Positions 1 through 9,400 of a DNA stretch of 52,864 nt are shown one piece after another (position 1 is the stretch's first letter; the number at the start of each line of letters is the position of its first letter). The position numbers were made by a program, and so were the translations under genes. A model generated the notes under the pieces. It did not search any database and had not been told where the DNA came from. It saw only the letters and a list, made by a program, of their open reading frames with translations. This DNA is from Vitrella brassicaformis CCMP3155 (taxonomy: Eukaryota; Protista; Chromerida). The DNA lies in the NCBI GenBank assembly GCA_001179505.1, contig CDMY01000552.1, forward strand, positions 1-52,864, in the 5' to 3' direction.

Positions 1-1534
1 CAGAGTGGCCGTCCGCTGCCGGCTCAGCATCGGCTGCCGCTGATGGGTGTGCCTCCGTCGGCTCTCAGCGACCCGAGGGCGTCAATGCCGAGTTGAGCAG
101 CGGCAGTCCAGCCGCCGTGGCCTTGTCGTTATCGCCCGGCAGTCCTTCTGATGACTCTGCGTGGGTGAGGGGCATGGAGGCTGCTTGGTCTGAGTGGGAG
201 ACAAAGCGGGGCAATGACACGATGAGGCAGCAGGAGGGTGATGGAGCAGCATTGGGCGATCCCGCACGCGCCATGGCCTTAGAGCAGAAGCGGCAGGCTG
301 TCAAGAGATTGCAGGAGTAAGATGGGCGGCTGGGTGAAAGGGTGGCACTTTCAACGCAACATTGTGTGTGTGTGTCTGTCTTGGGATGCTTGTGTAGGTT
401 GAGTGGTGAGTTGGATGGCAAGTTGGCGGCCATCGCCTCGCTGGAGAAGCGCAAAGCCAAACTCATACACGAGAAGGAAGCCGCCATGCGCAACGCACCC
501 AAGTGAGACGAACCGCACACACACACACACACACACACAGGGCGGAAGGAACCTTGACGCACCTTGTGTCGTGTGTGTTTATGTGTTTCAGGTCTGTTGA
601 CGAGTTGGATGAGGTAGTTCGTGCGGGCGGCGTTGAGGGCATCCGGCAGTTCTCGGCTGAGGCCGAGACTGAGAAGGCCGCCCTGCAGCCCATCTACGAC
701 GCCGCACTCGCCAAGATCCAACAACTCAGCAGCGGATCGACAGCAGTGGAAGAGCCACACACAGAGAGGGAGCAGGGCACGGCCGGTGACGGACCAGCGG
801 CAGCAACGGCGTCGTCCTCGGCTGATGCGGGTGGCCCCTGTGGGCCGCTGGAGGAGGGCAGCTCGTCGGGTGCTGGTGTAGCTGATGACATTGGCGGTTT
901 GCGGCTCGACGAGCAGCTGGCAGCACTCACGCAGCGCATCTCAGAGTGAGCATAGAACAGCGGGGATTCTCACTCCGCCATATGTGTGTCTGCGTGTGTG
1001 GCATTCAGGGTCGAGCAGCGGTTGGTAGCGGTGAGCTGGATCGTCGGCTGCGGTGCCTCTCGGATGAGGTGGGGAAGCTCCAGTCGCGTGTCGATGCCAT
1101 CAAGGACGACAATCGCAACAGGTACGTCCACGCACACACACATAAGCTGTCCATCTCTATCCATCTGTGTGGGGGTGTGCAGGCCTTCGGTGACTTGCCT
1201 TTCGTCCATCCACACGGTGGCCGACGCCACAGCCTTCATCGCCCGGGTCATTGCCCGCATTCAGCAGCTCGACGGGCTCGTCATTCGGGCGCACCAGGAG
1301 GAGAATCGGCAGCTCCAGCGGCGCATCGACGACAGGGAGGACGATGAGTCGTGTGCGGTGTGCCACGACGGGCAGCGGACGGTGGTGCTCATCGGCAAGG
1401 CGCCGTCCACCTGCCGCCACCGATGTCTGTGTGTCGCCTGCTGGCGCAAGAGCTTTGCGCCGGGGCGGGGCAACACACAGTGCCCCATCTGCAGAAGCGA
1501 GATTGACTACAGGAAGTCGGGGCCCACCATTTAG
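1..1534 (+). CDS. 3' part of a RING-finger (C3HC4, IAP/MDM2-like spacing) E3 ligase gene; paralog of the gene at 47588-51222; 5' end lies outside the window
   Basis: Exons about <1-316, 398-502, 592-945, 1029-1121, 1183-1534 join in frame through GT-AG introns. They give a coiled coil (ELDRRLRCLSDEVGKLQSRVDAIK) then CAVCHDG...CRHRCLCVAC...CPICR; stop TAG at 1532-1534. Confidence 0.85.
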
Positions 1535-1790
1535 ACGAGCTGGGGTGTACAGTTGGTGGTTTGATGATTTGTATTTGGGGCTGAGGGGCGCTATGCAACG
1601 TGATGACTTTGAGCCATGTGCACATGTGCCGATGTTGATTGCATTTGTCTGAGAGGATTGCGTTGGTGCATTTGTGTAGTTCATGACGCTTCATGCTCAG
1701 TCCTTGTGTTCGGCTGCTGTGTGGTGGCTGTGCAGCTCAATCTTCCACGACGGCGATAAAACAGTGGGACGTTGGAAACAATACGACAGA
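1..1790. repeat. Inverted segmental duplication; partner at about 47350-49107
   Basis: Base 1 (cagagtggccgtccgctgcc) is the reverse complement of the sequence ending at 49107. Near-identity continues through exons, introns and 3' flank to gtgggacgttggaaaca (about 1764-1780 vs 47362-47378). Confidence 0.95.
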
Positions 1791-1877
1791 GAAGGGCTGG
1801 AGTGAATTCCCACAGGAGAGCTGGAGTGAGTTCCCCCAGGTTGGAAACAATACGACAGGGAGAGAAACAATACGACA
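1771..1877 (+). repeat. Nested short direct repeats at the duplication boundary
   Basis: gttggaaacaatacgacag at 1771 and 1840, partial copy gaaacaatacgaca at 1864; gctggagtga(a/g)ttccc(a/c)cagg at 1796 and 1820. Confidence 0.85.
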
Positions 1878-2779
1878 TTAAGTAGTTGAAGCGAACCACC
1901 TTCCTCCTGCTCTCTCCCTGTTCTGAGGCAACGCTGAGCGAGTTACTCAGCTGTGCAATGACGCCGGCCAGTTCCTTGGCGTCTACCTGTAACCGCCAGG
2001 GGTGATGTGCATGTAACGCGGCTGCAGCAGAGAAGGGAGGGGCGTCCACAGAGGTTGTTGGTTCGTCTGTCCGATTGGATGAATGGACATTCAGACATGG
2101 ACTCACGCACAACAGTGTTTCTCTTCATGCGCCATCCATCCAGCAGTCCACTCCTCGTGTGTATTCTCCATCCATCCCTCCACACCACCCACACTCCAAT
2201 TGATCGCTACAGCAATCGGCTATGGTACACGGATGGCAAAACAAGGCAGGCCACTCGAGGCACTGCCCCCGTCCCACCCATCCATCCACACACACTTGAC
2301 ATGCACTCACTCATTACAATGATGGTGCGATAGCTGGCTGAATTCTCTTCGTTAGTATCTCTACGTGTCCCTTGGTCTTGCTAGTCTACACGGGGTGGTG
2401 CCTACCTACTACCTCTTAACAATCCCTACTTATCTGCTGGCTGCACGGCTGCACACGGGCAGAGCAGCGCACCGCAGCCAGAAAATACACATACTTGTCC
2501 ATCTACGCGGGGCTCACTTGACGCGGGGTAACTTCAGAACTGTCTTGCCTGTCCTGTCCTTCATCTACGAGCATGCAGTCCTCTCTTCTCTCTCACACAA
2601 AATGACAAACAGAGGGCCATTATGTAGTTAGTGTACACCCACACACAGACCTGCCCACCCGCCCACACACAGACACACCCTTCTGCCCACACACAGACAC
2701 CCTTCTGCAGACAAACACTGCATCGACAAAAGTACCACGCCACACACAGGAAGGACACTCGCGAGCTCTCCAAAAACTC

Positions 2780-4631
2780 CTATGTTGGCGTGGAGTGCGT
2801 GAGTGGCAGGGGCATGGTGAACTGGACCTCGGTGCCCCTGGCCGACCTCATGGCCTCGATGAGCTGCACCGACGTGACCTCCACGGCGATGCGCAGCGAC
2901 CCGTCTGCATCGAGCAGCAGCTGCTGCAGACACTGGGCAGAGCAGAAGGTGCCGCAGCCCCAGGCCTTGCCCGCCAGAGTGTCGTCTCGCGTGAAGATGT
3001 GGCAGTGCCGCGTGCACTTGACCATCCCGGACGAGCCGACAATCAGCCGATACTTGAGCTTCGCTGACATGCCTGAAGCGCCAAGTGGACAGACAGAGGG
3101 AGGGGGGATGAGGTTAGGTACCATAGCATCAGGTGGGTGGCTGCAGGTGATGCCTGTGTATACCTGCGGGTGGCTGCAGGTAGACGCCGACGTATCCCGT
3201 CTTGCACTTGGGGGTGATGCGGATCTTGAAGCCATCGTGACCCATCACTGCGAAGGACGGCGTGTTGATCTGCTCGCCAACGCCGCACTCGCGCAACACC
3301 TGTGGCGACACACACGAGACACACAGGCGCTGGGACACACAGGCGCTGGGGTGACGTGCAAGACGCCTCTCTGTGTATGTGTGTATGGGTGTGTACCTCT
3401 GCGGCGCGCTGCAGCCGACACTCCCACGTAAATGGCCTCCGGGTCCTCTCCTGGGCCGACCGCTGATGCTCAGTCACACTGTCGACCCTGTGTGACACAA
3501 AACAGACGACGACAAACATGAAGGAAGTCGCCTCTTCCCCTCCCTCCTTCCCAATTGCTCACTTTTCCTGTATGTCCCTCAGCTGCTCCTGCACCTCCTC
3601 GAGCCCCGCCAGCTTCCTTCCCAACACGTCGATGCGCTCGGCCGCCTCCTCGCAGCAGCAGCACGGCTCCGTCGACTCCAGCCACCGGCGCAGGCTGGAG
3701 ATCTGGCGGTCCACCGGCTGCAGGGCCTGTAGGCGCGTCTGCAGCAGGGCCACGTGGCTCGCCGCCTGGCTCACGTTGTGCTCTGGCAAATGCGCTGCGA
3801 TCACCTACAAATGCCGTGCACAGAGAGATCGGTCGAGTGCGTGTGTGTGTGTGTGTGCGCCCTTCCCTCCCTGGCTGACCTGTTCGCCACAGATGTCACA
3901 CTCCACCCATCTGGCCGGGCAGTGCAGCCCCAGATGCCGCTCCAAATCCGCGTAGGTGCCCCTCCACGCACATCCCACCGCTCCCCGCCCCCCCTCCTCG
4001 CCATCACCACTCAGCAGCGGCGGCAGGGTCACATTATCGCCGCCGTTGCCCTTGCGCTTCTTCTTGGAGCGCTGCTGCTGCTGCTGCTGTTGCTGCTGTC
4101 GGCTGGTCGGCGATGAGCTGCTGGGTTGGTCTGATAAGTCGGGCGATGGCTGTGTGTCGGATGCTGGCGATGGGAGGCATCCAGGGTGCATCCCATCGCC
4201 TGCGTTGGGGCAGACGACGGAGAGGTTGCTGAGCATTCGATACAGGGCGGGAACAGCATCTGCCCAGACACACAAACGACGAAAGACACAATGGGTGGAC
4301 AGAAGCTGCTGGGCAGATGTCAACACCGACCGTTGAGCGGCTTGATGGTGACGCGTGCATGTCTGCAGGAGGGGCACTTGTCGCCTCTAAAGCAGTCGGC
4401 GCAGAAGATGTGCTGACAGGACGTGATCACCGGATCACTGACCACATCAAGGCACACCTGAACGAACGCATTGATTGCATAACAATCAATCCATCAATCA
4501 ATACACATCAATCAATACACACACGATCAGCTGATCCCACCATCCCATCCTGTCTACGCACTTACCGCACAGAGGAACTGTCGGAGGACTCCGCTGTCCG
4601 AGCATTGGAAGATACCCTCCCTGTAGCCCAT
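2780..4631 (-). CDS. TRAF-like protein: RING - TRAF/SIAH-type zinc finger - coiled coil - MATH domain
   Basis: ATG at 4631 (MGYREGIF...QFLCA) splices to VCLDVVSDPVITSCQHIFCADCFRGDKCPSCR (RING). Then come LSVVCPN...GCAWRGTYADLERHLGLHC, the coiled coil LQTRLQALQPVDRQISSLRR, and MATH-like strands TPSFAVMGHDGFKIRITPK..GYVGVYL and AWGCGTF...DGSLRIAVEV. Confidence 0.85.
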
Positions 4632-4987
4632 GTGCCTCAAACAAAACAGGAGGACGGCAGCCAAGTAGAGGGCAGACCAAGGGCAGCCGGCCAGCCGAAA
4701 GCAAAGGATCGGCTCCCCTCCAGTTGCCGGTCACTCCATGGTAGGGTCTCTCAGCGGCTCTATTGTCCAACAGAGATGCCACACCAACAGCTACGCCATC
4801 CTGTGCAATCGATACGGCTGGCTTCTGTGGTCTGCGTTTCCTTCGCTTCCCTCCTCGCCCTGCAAGCTTCTGAGCTCGCAAGAAAGGCGAGAAAGGAGAG
4901 AGGAAGGAAGAAGGGAAAGAAAGCACGGGCAAGCACTGCTGTGTTTGTTGAGCAACGGCAGCACGATTTGATTCCAGGATCGTCAGG

Positions 4988-6217
4988 ATGAGGCCTCTCA
5001 CCAAGTGCTGCTGGTGCCTATCGCTACGGTCAGGCGTCTTCGTCATCTGTGTCATAGGTGCGCGACAATAAGGACAGCAGCCCACCTCTAACACACAGCC
5101 CTCTGTTTGCTTGTCATGGTGTGTTCTGACGTGTGTGCAGATGTGTGCATCGCGATGCTGGCACTGGCAGGGGCCATATTCACCCGCGACGAAGGATCCG
5201 GCAGGCTGGAGGGGGCTCAGCTGGTGGCGGTGGCTTTGCGCATCTTGTTTGCTTCGCTGTGCTTGTACGGCGTCCGGCGGCAGCAGCCCTTCTGGATCCT
5301 GCTTTACCTGTGTTGGCTTGCCTGTCTGGTCGTCGAGGAGCTGTTCTGGTGCATACTGGATCTGGTGCGCGACGACTGCCGTGACGGCGAGGGTGCAGTG
5401 GTCAATGGTGATCAGTGCAACGTCAGGTGGACGGGCATGTTTGTGGTCTCCCTCATCGAAGTCATCGTCGGAGGTGCGTGGCCTGGCGTGGCCAACTCAT
5501 CAGACAAATTGTTGGATGGCTGATGAACCAACATGATGATTGCTTGTTTGTTTGTGCAGGCTACTGCCTGTTGGTGCTGTGGTCTCTCTGGAAGGTCATG
5601 CGGGAAGGCGGCACGGGTACGACGCACAACGCACACGAAATTGCTTGCCTGTGCCTCATGTGCGCATCTTGCCTTCGTTCGTCGATCCCATGCAGGTGAG
5701 TTGTCGTCCAACGACCGCTTCAGCCGCTACCGCAGCCGCACACTCGTGGCTGAGCCGTACTCTCTTGACCCCACACTCATCGGTAGGTAACCCACCCTCC
5801 ATCTACAACACAACGCGCAACAGCATAGCTGCTCATTCATTGTCTTGTCATCCATCTCTTGCCCCAGGAAACCCGATGATAGTGGTGCAGGGGGTGCCCG
5901 CCACCAGCTCTGGGTTCGCCATGGGCGAGGCCCCTACGGATGACACGCAGCCACATCAGCGAGAAGAAGACGATGATAACGAGGAGGCCGAGAGCGACGA
6001 ATGCAGCGCCGACGCGACGCCCAAGGAGGACAAACCGCCGTCACGGTCATCGGAGTCTGGCGAGGGCGGCGAGAGGAGCGCCGAGGGCACACATGAGGGG
6101 AGTGAACACTCAGACAGCGGCCGCAGTGGGGGCGGCGGTGGGGAGGGCAGGGCAGAGGCATATCGGCAGACACCATTGCCGGCACCTATCAGTGAGAGGC
6201 AGGCAGAGGGAAGCTAG
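4988..6217 (+). CDS. Four-TM membrane protein of LAPTM-like type with an acidic low-complexity tail
   Basis: MRPLTKCCWCLSLRSGVFVICVI (CCxCxxLRxG-type N-terminal motif) is spliced to hydrophobic exons (ILFASLCLYGV, FWILLYLCWLACLVV, GMFVVSLIEVIVGGYCLLVLWSLWK). All junctions are GT-AG and in frame; stop at 6217. The family name comes from motif recall only. Confidence 0.7.
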
Positions 6218-6434
6218 TATAAAGGCAGACAGGCAGGTGTGTTTTCTGTCTCGTCCCTGCCTTCACGAGGAAGCAATGATGGTTGGGTGGGCGGGGCGGA
6301 TGAGTCTGTCGGTCTGCCTTTTGACTGACTGCTGGTGAGAGTAGCCAGTGCGGTTTTGTTCATGCGTGGTGTGTCCGGCTACTGAATGAGTGTATTTGTT
6401 ACTCCCCCATGGCATGGGCGAGAGGCACATATTT

Positions 6435-9400
6435 CTATGACCGACTCACATGTAAGTGCATGTGTGGAACTTTTTGCCCTGTTGATGGTGTGCCTTGTCG
6501 AGGCTGAATAATGTTCGATTCACAACGATCAGTCCCTCCTTGCAAAAATTCCGGCATGTCATCATATGTGTGTGGGTGGGAATCGGAAACCTGCCGGGGA
6601 GACACAGGCATACCGTGAGAGTCCGTGGCTCTGTGGATGCCATGGGTTGATGTGTTATGTGCGTACCTTTGGATGGTATGTTCCCCGTGTGGTGTGCCCC
6701 TGTGCCCTGGGACGGGGGGTTGTCCTCCCTCTTCACACCCACCTTGCGGCTGACACACACACATACACATGCACATGAATTGATGGATGGATGGATGGAT
6801 GCCGACAGGTTCGTGTAGAATGCGCAGCCACCTGGGAGACAGCGTGGTTTGGTTGAGGTTGAAGGGGTCTGCCGGTGCTGCTTGTGCTGGTGCCTGCTGG
6901 TGCCGTTTTGAGTCGAAAAGAGCGTGGCAGAGGGTCGCGAGAGATACGACGACCCAACGATCAAAGGCTGCGTGTTGGACGCGGACTGCCCATCCGATGT
7001 ACCTAGACAAAGATTAGACACCGGAGACTGCTGCACCCTGCTCTCGTTCGTGGCCTCCTCGCCATTCTCCTCACCCGCAGTCGTCTGCCTGTTCCAGGGA
7101 TTCGTAGGCGGCCCGCCATTGCTGCTGCCGTTGGTGGTGGCGAGCCCGTTGGAACGCTTCTTTGGCACACCAGGGCGGTAGCGAACAGCCGTGTGTGTGC
7201 CGCCAGGGGGGATTCTCACCCTCGAGCCCTCAGGAAGCCTCCCCGCCGCACTATTGCCCGCCCGTCGCCCGTCTCCGCTGCCGCCCACCTCGACCGGGGT
7301 CACGTGTTTGGGGACCGCGCCCGTGCGATGGTTCTGATGGGTGGTGAGGCGGGTGCTGCTGGGCTGGGTCGAGTGGGATGGGGGGACGGACCCCCGCAAC
7401 ATCCTCGACGCCACCGCTGTCTCGCTCAGCCCCCTGCCAGTGGGTCGGTCCTTGTTCTTGCTCTTCGTCAGCTGCCCCTGCCCAGCCTGGCAACCGTTGC
7501 GACCGGCACGATTCTCTTTGCTGGCCTTGATGTGGTTGAGCAGTGAGGGGCGCTCTGTGGTCGTGCTGTCTGTCGGGGGGATGGTGTTTCGCGAGTAGTG
7601 GTCGGATATGATGGGGGCCTGCCGCTGGTTGTTGGTGTGAGAGTGGGGGTGGGCCCTAGCGTTGGACGCCAGGCATCCGCTGTTGCCCAGGTTCTGCCTG
7701 TCGAGTGAGAGGCTGGGGCGGTGGGCCGGGAAGGAAGAAGAAGACACAGTGAGAGTAGCTGCCGGCTGCTTGGGCTTGGGCGGCACCACAGGGGCGCTGT
7801 TGCCGTTGACACCGGCTATCGTCTGGAAAAACGAAAGAGAGAGAGAGAGTAGGAGAAGAAACATACAGTGGGCAGTTGTGTCTGTCTGCAATGCGTGTTG
7901 CGCACCTGTCGGCCTCGTGTTAAGGTCTCCTGATCTGCAGCATTCACACCCGTCCCTTCATCGCCCTCCTGCGTTCCACCAACCACACCACCGCCAGCTG
8001 CTGCGGCTGGGGCGCCCACGCTCAGGTCCGTGTGAGCCAGCGATGCCACGTGCAGCGGAAGGCCTGGCGAAGCATCGGGAGCCGTGTCTCGCGCGGCCTC
8101 GCCTACAGCAGTCTCATTGCGATCGCCGTCCCGACCAGCACCACGACCCTCACCGCCATTCGGCACCACCTGTGTCACTTGGCCCTCTCGCTCCCTCGCC
8201 TCGCCGATGAACCCCTCCTCTCCCACGTTATGGCGCCCCGCCGGCTGACCCGGGTTAACCGCTCGACCGCCACCTGGGTGGAAGTTGCGCTTGTCATGCA
8301 TCATCAGCCCGGCCGGGCCTCGGTTAAGTACATTGAGATCACCGAAAGCCACCGGCTGTTTCTTGATGTGGTTGAGCAGTGAAGGGCGCTCTGTGGTCGC
8401 GCTGTCTGTCGTGGGGATGGTGTTTCGCGAGTGGTGGTCGGATATGATGGGGGCCTGCCGCTGGTTGTTGGTGTGAGAGTGGGGGTGGGCCCTGGCGTTG
8501 GACGCCAGGCATCCGCTGTTGCCCAGGTTCTGCCTGTCGAGTGAGAGGCTGGGGCNNNNNNNNNNNNNNNNNNNNNNNNNNNNNNNNNNNNNNNNNNNNN
8601 NNNNNNNNNNNNNNNNNNNNNNNNNNNNNNNNNNNNNNNNNNNNNNNNNNNNNNNNNNNNNNNNNNNNNNNNNNNNNNNNNNNNNNNNNNNNNNNNNNNN
8701 NNNNNNNNNNNNNNNNNNNNNNNNNNNNNNNNNNNNNNNNNNNNNNNNNNNNNNNNNNNNNNNNNNNNNNNNNNNNNNNNNNNNNNNNNNNNNNNNNNNN
8801 NNNNNNNNNNNNNNNNNNNNNNNNNNNNNNNNNNNNNNNNNNNNNNNNNNNNNNNAGAAACACACACTGGGCAGTTGTGTCTGTCTGCAATGCGTGTTGC
8901 GCACGTGTCTGGCTCCTGACAAGGTCCCCTCCTCTGTGACACCGGCTATCGTCCAGTGCAAAAACGCTATCGTCTGCAAAATCGCCTGAGAGAGGAAGAG
9001 AGAGAGAGAGAGAGTAGGAGAAGAAACACACACTGGGCAGTTGTGTCTGTCTGCAATGCGTGTTGCGCACGTGTCTGGCTCCTGACAAGGTCCCCTCCTC
9101 TGTGACACCGGCTATCGTCCAGTGCAAAAACGCTATCGTCTGCAAAATCGCCTGAGAGAGGAAGAGAGAGAGAGAGAGAGAGAGAGTAGGAGAAGAAACA
9201 CACACTGGACAGTTGTGTCTGTCTGCAATGCGTGTTGCGCACGTGTCGGGCTCCTGACAAGGTCCCCTCCTCTGTGACACCGGCTATCGTCCAGTGCAAA
9301 AACGCTATCGTCTGCAAAATCGCCTGAGAGAGGAAGAGAGAGAGAGAGAGAGAGAGAGTAGGAGAAGAAACACACACTGGGCAGTTGTGTCTGTCTGCAA

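Noticed and set aside
1900-2112. Possible exon on the minus strand (WRLQVDAKELAGVIAQL)
   Set aside because: No start, partner exons or recognisable domain could be linked to it.
4498-5094. Minus-strand ORF beginning with a RING-like CCPYCRAP
   Set aside because: It lies antisense to exon 1 and intron 1 of the well-supported plus-strand membrane gene, and has no other zinc ligands.
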